A DNA stretch of 60,351 nucleotides from a virus. Its lineage: Duplodnaviria > Caudoviricetes. Under the pieces are notes generated by a model, which was not told the origin of the DNA, ran no database searches, and worked only from the letters and a program-made list of their open reading frames with translations. Below, piece by piece: positions 18,722 through 28,508 of the stretch (positions are counted from its first letter, which is position 1; each line of letters opens with the position of its first letter). A program made the position numbers and the translations under genes. The stretch is taken from IMG/VR virus record IMGVR_UViG_3300048833_000402, positions 1 to 60,351 of that record. One strand, given 5' to 3'.

Positions 18722-19255
18722 CGGGAAACTCCTTTCAGACATGCAGCATCCTTCGGCCAGGGCCGTCGGCATGCAGGTTACAAATGACCCGCCGTGCCGA
18801 GCACGTGGGCTGACTTAGGGTTCAGAGCACGTCGTCGAGGAAAACCGCCTGTAAGCCAGAGGCACACCGTGACCGGCGTGCGCATCCGACTGCGTTCGTC
18901 TTTTCGATTCTTATGGACTGCTCAACGGCGAATCTACTCAGCCGATAGGCGCGTCTGCAACAGGTATCCCGTGCGCTTCGACCATCGTCGGCAGAGTTTC
19001 GGTGGATATCGTCGAGCGCCTCCGGAACGCGACCGGAACGACCCATTCCGGCAATTCCGGCCCCGACAGAAGCGGCGAATCCGTCCGAACACCGGTCAAT
19101 CGGCCCGCCCCGGAGAGAGTGGTAACGCTGGCGCATGGATCGCCGTCCGGAACCGGCTCGGATGACGGTTCCCGAGAAGCCTTCCAGCGGTGACCCTAGC
19201 GAGCCTAAAGGCGTAAACCTCAATGAAACAAGGGGTGGAACCGGGTGGTTGCGTG

Positions 19256-19286
19256 CAATTCCACCTTCCGCCTGTCTTCCGGCCCT
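19256..19286 (+). promoter_or_regulatory. Second copy of the 31-bp motif, upstream of the excisionase-like gene
   Basis: Direct repeat of 16745-16776. Confidence 0.6.
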
Positions 19287-19346
19287 CGCGCTCTGCTTCG
19301 CTGACCCGGCCCCCGCCAGAGGGGCGAAAGGCCAACGGAGCAGCCC

Positions 19347-19595
19347 ATGAAGGACATCCAGACCGATCTCGACGAAGACATCCCCGACCTGCTGGCCGAC
19401 TGGATCAGCCGCGAGCAGCTGGCCCGGGCGCTGGGCCTGACAGCCGACACGCTGTCCCGGTGGGAAGCCCGCCGCCAGGGGCCGCCCTGCACACGCATAG
19501 GTCGAAAGACCTTCTATCGCCGCGCCGCCATCCAGGAATGGATCCGCGCGCAGGAACAGGCCCATCCGGTGCGCAAGACGCGGGGGCGGTCATGA
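19347..19595 (+). CDS. AlpA/excisionase-like winged HTH protein
   Basis: ISREQLARALGLTADTLSRWE...GPPCTRIGRKTFYRRAAIQEW. Confidence 0.8.
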   Translation: MKDIQTDLDEDIPDLLADWISREQLARALGLTADTLSRWEARRQGPPCTRIGRKTFYRRAAIQEWIRAQEQAHPVRKTRGRS

Positions 19596-19831
19596 CCATC
19601 CTGCCCCACAGTTCCGCTTGGCCCGCCGACCGCGTGGCTGAGGCGCGTGCAGTCATCGCCGATGTCGCGCATCACAGCGATCTCCTCATCCGGCTCGCCT
19701 GCAACGTGCTGGTTCAGCATGGCGAGACCCCGGGCGAGCGTGCCGATGCCCAGCGCCTGCTGGTGGTCGTTGACGCGCGGCGGCCGGTGCGGCGCGCCCA
19801 ACGCGAGGATCAGGGGAGGGCCGCGCGATGA
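19592..19831 (+). CDS. Hypothetical phage early protein
   Basis: ATGA overlaps at both ends within the early operon. Confidence 0.6.
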   Translation: MTILPHSSAWPADRVAEARAVIADVAHHSDLLIRLACNVLVQHGETPGERADAQRLLVVVDARRPVRRAQREDQGRAAR

Positions 19832-20223
19832 TGCGCCGCGGCACCCCCGAGGCCGATCTGCAGCGCGCCGTCGTGCAGGCGCTGCGCATCGCCCTGCCCC
19901 GCAGCGCTATCATCCACCATTGCGCCAACGAGGTGACCGAGGCCGGACCTCGCGGAGCGAAGCGCCAGGCGATCCTTGTCGGCATGGGCGTCCATGCCGG
20001 GTTCGCTGATCTGATGGTGATTTGCGATGCCCGCGTACTGTTCCTCGAACTGAAGGCGCCGAAGGGGCGATTGCGACCGGAACAGGAGGCGTTTCGCGAC
20101 GCGGTGAAGGCACAGGGTTTCGGCTGGGCACTGGTGCGCAGCCTCGACGATGCGCTGGGCGCGCTGGCAGATCACGGCTTCACGACACGGATCGCCCCTG
20201 CCCCACGGAGGCCTGCGCCATGA
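19828..20223 (+). CDS. VRR-NUC domain nuclease (resolvase-like)
   Basis: EADLQRAV, GVHAGFADL, FLELKAPKGRLRPEQ, VRSLDDA (PD-(D/E)XK pattern). Confidence 0.85.
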   Translation: MMRRGTPEADLQRAVVQALRIALPRSAIIHHCANEVTEAGPRGAKRQAILVGMGVHAGFADLMVICDARVLFLELKAPKGRLRPEQEAFRDAVKAQGFGWALVRSLDDALGALADHGFTTRIAPAPRRPAP

Positions 20224-21170
20224 GCCACCGTGCGACCGTCTGGGCCATCCAGCAACGCGGGTTGAAACCCGCAACCAAGATCGTGCTGTGGTTCCTGTGC
20301 GACCGGCACAACCCGGACTTCGGCTGCTTCCCGACTCAGGCGCGGCTGGCTGAGGACGCCGAGATGTCGATCTCGGCGCTGAACGAGCATCTCGCCGTGC
20401 TAGAACGGGCTGGCCTCATACGCCGCCTGCGCAGCCATGATCCGCGCACCCACCGCCGTCAGGCCACGCGCTACATCTTGAGGTTCGAAGAAGGCTTTGC
20501 ACAAGAGCCAACTCCGGAAACCGGAGACGGCTTCGAAGGCACGGAAGGTGAACAGGAAGATGACCCAACTCCGGAATCCGGACGCGGAGCCATCTCCGGA
20601 TTTTCGGCCGAGCCATCTCCGGATTTTGCCGAAAGCCATCTCCGGAATCCGGAGACTAACCTTGTAAGAGAACCCCTAAGAGAACCTGTAAAGGAGGAGG
20701 CGGGCGCGCAGGCACGCGCGGCGATTTCCGATGAGGTTTTCGGGGAGCTGCTCACCGCGCTGGGCCTCGACCCCGCCGCCCTGCCCGGTTGGTGGCAGGG
20801 CTGGCCGCCCCGGCTGCACGTCCAGCGCTGGCGCGACGAACTTGGGCTAACCGAGGCGGAAATCATCGCTACGGCCGAGGCCAGCCGCCAGGAGCACCCC
20901 GAACCGCCCGATGGGCCGAAGGCGCTGGACCGGGCGATGCAGCGTGCAGCAGGGCGCAAGGTCGACGATGCGGGCCGAAAGCGCCGGAAACTCAAGGCGC
21001 CCCCTGCCCCGGCTGCGAAGCCGATCACCGACCTCCCCGCCTTCTATGCCGATCTGGTCAACTCCGACCGCTACCTGCCGGTCAGCGCAATCAGCAACAC
21101 GATGCGCGACGCCATGCTGGCGCGGGGATTGGTCACGGCCGAACGCCTGCGCGAGCGAGGTGTTCGATGA
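20220..21170 (+). CDS. Phage replication initiator (N-terminal HTH, lambda O-like organisation)
   Basis: KIVLWFLCDRHN...CFPTQARLAEDAEMS...LERAGLI wHTH; internal iterons. Confidence 0.8.
   Translation: MSHRATVWAIQQRGLKPATKIVLWFLCDRHNPDFGCFPTQARLAEDAEMSISALNEHLAVLERAGLIRRLRSHDPRTHRRQATRYILRFEEGFAQEPTPETGDGFEGTEGEQEDDPTPESGRGAISGFSAEPSPDFAESHLRNPETNLVREPLREPVKEEAGAQARAAISDEVFGELLTALGLDPAALPGWWQGWPPRLHVQRWRDELGLTEAEIIATAEASRQEHPEPPDGPKALDRAMQRAAGRKVDDAGRKRRKLKAPPAPAAKPITDLPAFYADLVNSDRYLPVSAISNTMRDAMLARGLVTAERLRERGVR
20505..20655 (+). repeat. Iteron array / replication origin inside the initiator gene
   Basis: Five copies of RA(G/C)CCAWCTCCGGA at 20505, 20562, 20587, 20610 and 20633; the last three are 23 bp apart. 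Confidence 0.75.
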
Positions 21171-21835
21171 CCTTGCAACGACTGATCGGCCGCGCAGGCA
21201 GTCGATCTGCTCGACGCGCGCTGGGTGTGCAGGCGGCCCTCGAATGGGCGTTCCGGATCGAACAGGCGCAGCTGGAACTGCCGCTGCCACCGGACATCAC
21301 CGAGGAAGGGTTCGGCTTCGGCCTGGAATACGTCCTGCTCCAGCGTGCTGTGCTGGGCTGCAAGATCGACGGCGGCCGACACAAGATCGGGGGCTATACC
21401 CACGAGGACGCCGAGGTCATCGCCGCCACCGTCGCCGGGATCCCCGACAGCCTCGGCAGCAAGCGCATGGCAATCCGCGTCGCCGAACTGGCCCGCGCCG
21501 GGCTGACCCCGGACTGGATGCCAGGTGCCGTCCCGCGCTGCGTGCCGACCATCATCAAGCAGAACCAGCATGGCGCGCATGCGGGGGCAATCGTCGTGGG
21601 CACAGAACGCATCCGGGTGCGTGGCGCGGGCGCGCGTGACACGTGGAAAACCGTCGACATCCTCGCCTGCCCGGTCACATTCTCACCCCACCCGCAGCAG
21701 ATCGAAGCCGCTCGGCGCTCCTACGACGACTGGTGGCAGGCGCTGGACTGGGTCCGGGAGGGGCTGATCGCCGGTGCGATGCTGCGAGAGCTCGAGGTGA
21801 CGACTGCGATGCCGAAAATCAGGCCGTGGGCTTGA
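21167..21835 (+). CDS. Conserved prophage protein at the late-regulator (Q-like) position
   Basis: ATGA overlap with the initiator; ALEWAF..E.A.LE motif; last gene of the early operon; function inferred from position only. Confidence 0.6.
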   Translation: MTLQRLIGRAGSRSARRALGVQAALEWAFRIEQAQLELPLPPDITEEGFGFGLEYVLLQRAVLGCKIDGGRHKIGGYTHEDAEVIAATVAGIPDSLGSKRMAIRVAELARAGLTPDWMPGAVPRCVPTIIKQNQHGAHAGAIVVGTERIRVRGAGARDTWKTVDILACPVTFSPHPQQIEAARRSYDDWWQALDWVREGLIAGAMLRELEVTTAMPKIRPWA

Positions 21836-22082
21836 CGGCTTTGCCAAACGATCTGGTGTCTGACCCGGACCCGGGCATGTCTCGGCGGGTCGGGCAACTC
21901 CGAACCGAAGACGAGGTCGTTTTCGAACCGTTCTGTTAATGTACCAATGATAGAACATCATGATCGCGGACCTTGCGGCGACGCTCAACCCATCGACAGC
22001 GAAGGCTGCCTAGCATAGCATCAGCTGATGGCTTGATCCCAAGGCCCAGGATATTGTGGCGACAAGCGAGCAGGAAACATTC

Positions 22083-23156
22083 ATGGAACACTCCGAAGCA
22101 CCCTTCAAGTTCATCGATTTGTTCGCTGGAATCGGGGGCCTCCGGCGTGGCTTCGACGCAATTGGTGGACAATGCGTCTTCACCTGCGAGATGAACAAGT
22201 ATTCTCAAGAGACCTATCGCGCCAACTTTGGAAGCGACCATGAAATCGCCGGTGACATCACGCAGGTTGCCGCATCGGACATTCCTGAACATGATCTGCT
22301 TCTAGCCGGATTTCCTTGCCAGCCGTTCTCTTTGGCTGGCGTCAGCAAGAAGAACTCGCTCGGTCGAGCTCATGGGTTCGCGGACGAGACACAGGGGACC
22401 CTGTTCTTCGACGTCGTCCGGATCTTGCGCCATCACCAGCCCCGGGCCTTCTTGCTCGAGAACGTCAAGAACCTGTTGAGCCACGACAAAGGCAACACCA
22501 TGCGGGTCATCCTGCATGCATTGGACGAACTCGGGTACGAGGTCGACTACCGGGTGATCGATGCGCGTTCTTGGGTACCGCAGCATCGTGAACGAATTTT
22601 CATTTCCGGGTTCCGCAGGGACTACAAGACGACCTTCTCCTTCGATGACGTGTTAGTCCCGCCAGGGCCCAACCCCACGCTATCATCGATCCTCCACCCC
22701 GAGGACGGGTCGGAGGCTGCAGACGGGCGTTACACGACCGGCAGCTTCGGCAAGGTCAACGAACGTTACACGCTGACTGATGGCCTCTGGTCGTACCTGC
22801 AGCGGTATGCCGAGAAGCATCGCAGTGCAGGCAACGGGTTCGGATTCGGGCTGGTCGGCCCAGAGAACGTGGCTCGCACTCTCAGCGCACGGTATCACAA
22901 GGATGGGTCTGAAATCTTGGTCAAGCAGTCTGGAAAGAACCCACGCCGTCTGACGCCGCGGGAATGCGCGCGTCTCATGGGCTTCGACCGTCCCGGCTCC
23001 AACGACCCTTGGAAGATCCCGGTAAGTGACACCCAAGCATATCGGCAGTTCGGCAACGCCGTTGCGGCACCCGTTTCGGTTGCGATCGCCGAAGCAATGG
23101 CTCCATGGTTGACCAACACGGTTGCCCTCCGGTCGCGAAGGGAACGCGTTGGCTGA
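22083..23156 (+). CDS. dcm: Dcm/M.EcoRII-like cytosine-5 methyltransferase (predicted CCWGG)
   Basis: FIDLFAGIGG, LAGFPCQPFSLAGVSKKNSLGRAHGF..TQGTLFFDV, ENVKNL.SHDKG.T, ARTLSARY.KDG.EIL, VSDTQAYRQFGN: motifs essentially as in E. coli Dcm. Confidence 0.93.
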   Translation: MEHSEAPFKFIDLFAGIGGLRRGFDAIGGQCVFTCEMNKYSQETYRANFGSDHEIAGDITQVAASDIPEHDLLLAGFPCQPFSLAGVSKKNSLGRAHGFADETQGTLFFDVVRILRHHQPRAFLLENVKNLLSHDKGNTMRVILHALDELGYEVDYRVIDARSWVPQHRERIFISGFRRDYKTTFSFDDVLVPPGPNPTLSSILHPEDGSEAADGRYTTGSFGKVNERYTLTDGLWSYLQRYAEKHRSAGNGFGFGLVGPENVARTLSARYHKDGSEILVKQSGKNPRRLTPRECARLMGFDRPGSNDPWKIPVSDTQAYRQFGNAVAAPVSVAIAEAMAPWLTNTVALRSRRERVG

Positions 23157-23658
23157 CAACAAGGCGCCCCTGACAAGATCACAGATGATGGCGCGTGTCC
23201 GTTCGGCGGATACCAAGCCGGAACTGGTCCTGCGCAAGGCCCTTCACGCCATCGGCTTCCGGTTCAGGTTGCACGTCCGTTCCCTCCCGGGTTGTCCGGA
23301 CATCGTCATGCGGAAGCACAGGTGCGCTATCTTCGTCAACGGCTGCTTTTGGCACGGTCACGCTGACTGCAAGCATTTTCGTATTCCCAAGACCCGGCCA
23401 GAATTCTGGGCCGCAAAGATCGGAGCCAACCGGGAGCGGGACGCACGCGCAATCGAGGCTCTGCTGAGCGGCGGCTGGCGCGTTCTCGTTGTTTGGGAAT
23501 GTGCGACGCGGTCGTTCCAGGTGGACAATTTGATCGGCATCATCGCCGTATGGTTGCAGGGCACTGAAACAAGTGCAGAATTGTCATCGGATGGCCTGTC
23601 GAGCGACAGCCGAGTCAGGCCCGGAATTTCATCCGGCGAGCAGGAAACAGGTAGATGA
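23149..23658 (+). CDS. vsr: Very-short-patch repair endonuclease
   Basis: RSQMMARVRSADTKPE, LPGCPDIV, FVNGCFWHGH, PKTRPEFW..KI..N..RD, VWEC; TTG start overlapping the dcm stop. Confidence 0.93.
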   Translation: MADNKAPLTRSQMMARVRSADTKPELVLRKALHAIGFRFRLHVRSLPGCPDIVMRKHRCAIFVNGCFWHGHADCKHFRIPKTRPEFWAAKIGANRERDARAIEALLSGGWRVLVVWECATRSFQVDNLIGIIAVWLQGTETSAELSSDGLSSDSRVRPGISSGEQETGR

Positions 23659-25283
23659 ACGACCTTATCAACGACCCGAACGCCTCGCGGCTGATTTATG
23701 GCCTGCGCGACACCGGCTACAACGTAAAGACCGCGGCTGCGGACATCATCGACAACTCGATCGCGGCGGGCGCAGAGAACATCAACATCGAGATCCAGCT
23801 CCTGCATGACGGACGGAAGGTCGTCTATTTCGGCGACGACGGTCACGGGATGAACCATGAGGAAGTTCGGAACGCCATGCGGTACGGCGCGGACAGGCGC
23901 CCCGACGCAAAGAGCCTTGGAAAATTCGGCCTGGGCCTCAAGACCGCCTCCAGCTCGGTTTGCAAGCGCTACAGCGTGATCTCTCGGCGGTCTGAGGACC
24001 AACCCTTGGCGAAGCTTACATGGGACCTGGAGCACGTCGAACAGCGCAACGTCTGGGAAATGCTGGCCGAGCCGGTGACGGCGGATCAGAACGAGATGTT
24101 CGACGAGTATTGCGGTCCGACCGGCACGCTTGTCATTTGGGAAAATTGCGACCGGTTGCTGTCAAAGGAATACACGCCGGGCACCAAGGAACAGGCAGCT
24201 GTCAAGCGGATGTCCGAGGCCCTGAGCAAGCACCTCTCCCTCGTCTTCCACCGATTCCTTGATGTAAATGACAGCCGGGAACGGAACGTGGTGATCCGGA
24301 TCAACGGAACTCCGGTGAAGCCATGGAACCCGTTCTATCCCGAACGTTCCGAACAAGTGCTTGCTCCGAACAAACAGAAAGTGGTCGTCGAACTCTTCGA
24401 TGGGAGCGAAGAAGTCGCTGAAATGAAGGCGTGGATCCTTCCGCACCGCCGCGACATGACCAAGGAGGAGGAGGCCGAGTTCGCGCGGATTTCGAACAGG
24501 GCGCAAGGCTTCTATGTCTATCGCGAGGGCCGCCTGATCCAGGATGGTGGCTGGATGGATGTGTTCGGTGCACCTGAACCGCACACCTCGCTTCTCAGAA
24601 TCGAGTTCGACTTCGGCCACCAGTTGGACGAGGCTTTCCGGATAGATGTGAAGAAGTCACGGATCCTGTTCCATCCGGATCTTGAGGACGGCCTGCGCAA
24701 ACTGCTTCAACCGGTCTATCGCGAAGCTGGTGCTCGCTATCGCCGCGAAAGCCGAGACGATGCCAACCAAAAGAAGACCGTCGACCACAGCAGCGCGAAC
24801 AAGAATATTGCGGGCACGCCAAATACCACGAAACCCCAAGTAACTGCTGCGGACGTACGCACCCAAACAGCCGAAATCAGCAACAACCGCGGCCCGAAGA
24901 TCAGGATCAAGGCGCCAGTCCAGAATTTCGTCAGCCCTGACAGCATTCACGTCGAAGCGGTGACCACAATCACAAATGGCCATCTGTGGGAACCCGCCTA
25001 CCGCAGCGCGGGCAGCGCCGACCATGTGCCCGGCGTTCAGCTCAACAAGCACCATGACTTCTATCAGAAGATATACCAGCGCGCCGCCGCCAACGGCTAC
25101 GCGGTCGAGGGGATGGACCTTCTGCTCTACGCTTTCGCCATGGCCGAGCAGAACAACACCGATCCCGAACTCGAACCCGTCTTCGAGGATATCCGCGAAG
25201 AAATTTCGGCCAACCTTCGCAAGTTGCTGCGGCACATGCCGGATCCCGAACCCGCAGAACTGACCGAGGACGACGAGGAGTGA
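23655..25283 (+). CDS. GHKL/MORC-type (MutL-like) ATPase
   Basis: LRDTGY...AAADIIDNS (N box), DDGHGM (G1), LGKFGLGLKTAS (G2), TGTLVIW (G3), QGFYVYREGRLI, RIDVKKS. Confidence 0.88.
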   Translation: MNDLINDPNASRLIYGLRDTGYNVKTAAADIIDNSIAAGAENINIEIQLLHDGRKVVYFGDDGHGMNHEEVRNAMRYGADRRPDAKSLGKFGLGLKTASSSVCKRYSVISRRSEDQPLAKLTWDLEHVEQRNVWEMLAEPVTADQNEMFDEYCGPTGTLVIWENCDRLLSKEYTPGTKEQAAVKRMSEALSKHLSLVFHRFLDVNDSRERNVVIRINGTPVKPWNPFYPERSEQVLAPNKQKVVVELFDGSEEVAEMKAWILPHRRDMTKEEEAEFARISNRAQGFYVYREGRLIQDGGWMDVFGAPEPHTSLLRIEFDFGHQLDEAFRIDVKKSRILFHPDLEDGLRKLLQPVYREAGARYRRESRDDANQKKTVDHSSANKNIAGTPNTTKPQVTAADVRTQTAEISNNRGPKIRIKAPVQNFVSPDSIHVEAVTTITNGHLWEPAYRSAGSADHVPGVQLNKHHDFYQKIYQRAAANGYAVEGMDLLLYAFAMAEQNNTDPELEPVFEDIREEISANLRKLLRHMPDPEPAELTEDDEE

Positions 25284-25284
25284 G

Positions 25285-26118
25285 ATGATCTCCGATCGGA
25301 AAGACATCATCCGAATGGAGCTGGAGGCGGGAACCGGGGCCGCGATCGGCATGGCGGTCGACCAAAGCGGGACCAGGACTGGTCTGCGCCTCTGGTTCGC
25401 CGATCTGGACGAGCGCCACGGCCCCGTGGCGGAGCTGCGTCCCTACGGGATCCGGGGATATCGCGTGGCGCTTGGCTTCGGGAAGTTTGCGGGTGAAGTT
25501 GTCCGCCAGATACAGGCCGCAGGCGCAGAAGACGTCGGGTTGGCACGCGCCTTGGTGGCGTCGATCAGCCCAGCGGTGGATCTCCAAGTATCTGGCCACG
25601 GCAGGGATGATTGGTATGTGGATTCCGGAGCTTTCAAGATCACAGCAACAGCCCGAGGATTGCCAGACGATCAGGACGAAGCCGTTGCCAAAATCTGCCG
25701 AGATGTAGTCGTGCCGTTGCTGGCCGCCATGGCGGAACTTATCGGTTATGATGTCATCGAGGAGGAGGACGATGACCGTGCGCACGCCTATGAGGGCGCA
25801 ATCCTAATCTCGACAATCCGGCGACGCGAACGAAACCCGCGAAACCGCCTGCTCTGCATCCGGCTGCATGGCGAGAAATGCGCGTGCTGCGGCATAGAGC
25901 CGAGGTCAGTCTATGGTGAAGCAGGAAGCATCATCGAAGTTCATCATCTCGAGGCCCTGTCCCTTCTGGCCGTGCCCCGCGCATACGATCCGGCGATCGA
26001 TCTGGCACCGCTCTGTCCTAACTGCCACCGCGCCGTGCATACGAGACGCCCGATACCCTTCTCCCTTTCGGAATTGCAGGCGCTCATGTCACCGCACGTA
26101 GACCAGGCGGCCATCTGA
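25285..26118 (+). CDS. HNH endonuclease (McrA-like C-terminal domain) with an uncharacterised N-terminal domain
   Basis: EG...RRERNP..R..CI..HG..CACCG...IEVHHL...DLAPLCPNCHRAVH. Confidence 0.85.
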   Translation: MISDRKDIIRMELEAGTGAAIGMAVDQSGTRTGLRLWFADLDERHGPVAELRPYGIRGYRVALGFGKFAGEVVRQIQAAGAEDVGLARALVASISPAVDLQVSGHGRDDWYVDSGAFKITATARGLPDDQDEAVAKICRDVVVPLLAAMAELIGYDVIEEEDDDRAHAYEGAILISTIRRRERNPRNRLLCIRLHGEKCACCGIEPRSVYGEAGSIIEVHHLEALSLLAVPRAYDPAIDLAPLCPNCHRAVHTRRPIPFSLSELQALMSPHVDQAAI

Positions 26119-27938
26119 TGAACAACCTTGCCGCCCTGCCTCCAGATTTTGACACTCTGCTCGCAAAGGTTCCTGAAGGATTTTCAGTCTCAGAGCGGGT
26201 TATCGAACCGGTAGCGATCCTCTCCCGAGTATCCGGGAAGATGTCCGTGGCGCTGGGCGGCAAGCGAACGGTTCGGGGAGAAGTTCGGCTGATCGAGGCG
26301 CCATCCATTTCCCATGCTTGGATAGCGGACGGCGCAATCTTGCGTCCCTTGCCCAAGGACGCTCCAGGCTTGGTCGCAAAATGCCTTGGTGACGAAGCCC
26401 CGAACGACATTTCATATGCTACGGCTATCAGACTGCTGCGATCGCCGCCCGAGGGCCTCGAAATCGAGGCTGCACCCGATATCTTGCACTCGGGCAAGAT
26501 AGCCGCTGAGGAATTGCCGCCCGAGATCGACATCCCTGGCCTACAGGCCGACCTCTTCCCCTACCAGGCACGAGGCGTCCGATGGATGTGGGAAACGGTC
26601 AATAAGACTGCCGGTTTGATCCTTGCGGACGAGATGGGCCTCGGCAAAACGCTTCAGATCATCGCACTCCTGCTGATGGATCCACCCGAGAACGCCGCAC
26701 CGGCCCTTATCGTTTGTCCGACCAGCCTCATCGCGAATTGGGTGCGCGAGTTCGGCAAGTTCGCCCCCAGCCTCTCGCTGATGGTTCACAGGGGAGCCCA
26801 TCGTGCCGGAATCTATCGTGACCTGCAGGTCGCATCTGTGGTGATCACCACCTACGAGACGATGGTGAACGACATCTCGATCTTCTCGTCCTTTGAATGG
26901 GCATGGGTGATCTGTGACGAGGCTCAGGCCATCAAGAACCCCCACTCCAACCGTCGGCAGGCAATTGTGACGATCCCTCGCCGCAAGTCGATACCGATGA
27001 CCGGCACCCCGGTCGAGAATACCCTGATGGATCTGTGGTCGTTAGCCGATTTCGCAATCCCGGGCATGCTTGGGGACAGAACCGTCTTCGAAGTCGAGTT
27101 CCCTGACACGCTGGAGGCCGGACAGGCGCTGGGCCGCTTGACCGATCCAATCATCCTGAAAAGGCGAGTGCGTGATGTCGCCGCCGACCTTCCGGATCGC
27201 ATCGACATCGATCTGCCGTTGGAACTCGATGATGGTCTGGCCCGGCATTACGACGACGTCCGCGAAGCTACGCTGGAAAAGTACCCGGTCGCGGGCGCGC
27301 TCGTCGCTACCCTGCAGCTTCAGCTGGTCTGTGCGCATCCTTGGCTCAGGATTCCCGACGCTGCGACGGTCGACTGGGACGAAGCCAAGATCGTTACCCG
27401 TGAGGACATTCCGCTGCTTACGCCGAAGCTCGACCGAACTGTCGAACTTCTACGGGAGGCATTTGCGACCGGCCGGAAAGTCATCGTCTTTGCCCTGTTC
27501 AACCGGATCGGCGACCTGATCCGGACTGCCTGCAGGGATTTCGCCAAAACCTATTGGGGGGCGATCAACGGCTCGACCCCGCAGGAGGACCGCCAGACCA
27601 TCATCGACGAATTCTCCGCCCACGATGGGGCCGCGTGCCTAATCTTGAATCCGAAGGCGGCGGGGGCGGGGCTGAACATCACCGCGGCGACCGTCGTTAT
27701 CCATTTCACACCGGTCTGGAACCCCGCCCTCGAAGCTCAGGCGAGCGCCAGGGCGCATCGGCGTGGCCAAACCGATCCGGTCACTGTCTATCGCCTTTTC
27801 TACAAGGACACGGTGGAGGAGGTGATGATCGAACGCTCCGCCTGGAAGAGCGACCTTGCCAACGAAACCGTCCCGGTTTCCAGCCGGGACGCGGACGACC
27901 TGAGGCGCGCCCTCACCATCAGCCCGGTAAAGCCATGA
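26118..27938 (+). CDS. SNF2/SWI2-family helicase/translocase
   Basis: LFPYQ, LADEMGLGKT, VCPTSLIANW, DEAQAIKN, TGTPVEN, GAGLNIT, WNPALEAQASARAHRRGQ. Confidence 0.92.
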   Translation: MNNLAALPPDFDTLLAKVPEGFSVSERVIEPVAILSRVSGKMSVALGGKRTVRGEVRLIEAPSISHAWIADGAILRPLPKDAPGLVAKCLGDEAPNDISYATAIRLLRSPPEGLEIEAAPDILHSGKIAAEELPPEIDIPGLQADLFPYQARGVRWMWETVNKTAGLILADEMGLGKTLQIIALLLMDPPENAAPALIVCPTSLIANWVREFGKFAPSLSLMVHRGAHRAGIYRDLQVASVVITTYETMVNDISIFSSFEWAWVICDEAQAIKNPHSNRRQAIVTIPRRKSIPMTGTPVENTLMDLWSLADFAIPGMLGDRTVFEVEFPDTLEAGQALGRLTDPIILKRRVRDVAADLPDRIDIDLPLELDDGLARHYDDVREATLEKYPVAGALVATLQLQLVCAHPWLRIPDAATVDWDEAKIVTREDIPLLTPKLDRTVELLREAFATGRKVIVFALFNRIGDLIRTACRDFAKTYWGAINGSTPQEDRQTIIDEFSAHDGAACLILNPKAAGAGLNITAATVVIHFTPVWNPALEAQASARAHRRGQTDPVTVYRLFYKDTVEEVMIERSAWKSDLANETVPVSSRDADDLRRALTISPVKP

Positions 27939-28375
27939 CGACCAAAACCTTCATCAAGACTCTCAGCGCCAATGACGTCGGAACGACAGGCGGCCACATG
28001 GGGGGCATTCTCGTTCCGAAGGGCGATGGCGAACTTCTCGCCTTCTTGCCCAAGCTTGATCCGGCAACCTTGAACCCTTCGGCGTGGATCGACTGCGAAA
28101 CGCCAAGCGGTCAAGTTCTGCGCCTTCGCTTCGTGTACTACAACAACCGAATGCATGTGCCAAATGGCACACGAAACGAATATCGGATCACCTATCTGAC
28201 AAAGTTCCTCAGGGAGGAAATGGCCAACGCGGGCGATACATTCGAGATTTCGAAGGCGGACGGGGCGGCGCGTTACAAAATCAGGGTGATCCCGATTGGC
28301 GGCAGTTCCGACGCCTCAGACGATGACGCCCCTGTCAGGATCAGACTGACGACCGGTTGGCGGCGGGTCCACTGA
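27935..28375 (+). CDS. Stand-alone EcoRII N-terminal (B3-like) DNA-binding domain protein
   Basis: FIKTLSANDVGTTGGH...LNPS...VYYNN...TRNEYRIT matches the EcoRII-N pattern (KRLSANDTGATGGH...NPS...YYNS...TRNEKRIT); 146 aa; no catalytic domain. Confidence 0.82.
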   Translation: MTTKTFIKTLSANDVGTTGGHMGGILVPKGDGELLAFLPKLDPATLNPSAWIDCETPSGQVLRLRFVYYNNRMHVPNGTRNEYRITYLTKFLREEMANAGDTFEISKADGAARYKIRVIPIGGSSDASDDDAPVRIRLTTGWRRVH

Positions 28376-28508
28376 ATGAAGCGTCCATCGCGGTCATCGT
28401 CGAGAGAAGGTTCCAAGGGCGACCGGGGACGATTGTCAACGCGTCGTCCTTTGTGCACACCGAAGGGCGACGGCGTGTATCACACTACGGTGTCGCTGCA
28501 GCCCCATT

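Noticed and set aside
20505-20655. CRISPR array
   Set aside because: Repeats are ~14 bp with short irregular spacers, lie inside a coding gene, and no cas genes are present; iterons fit better
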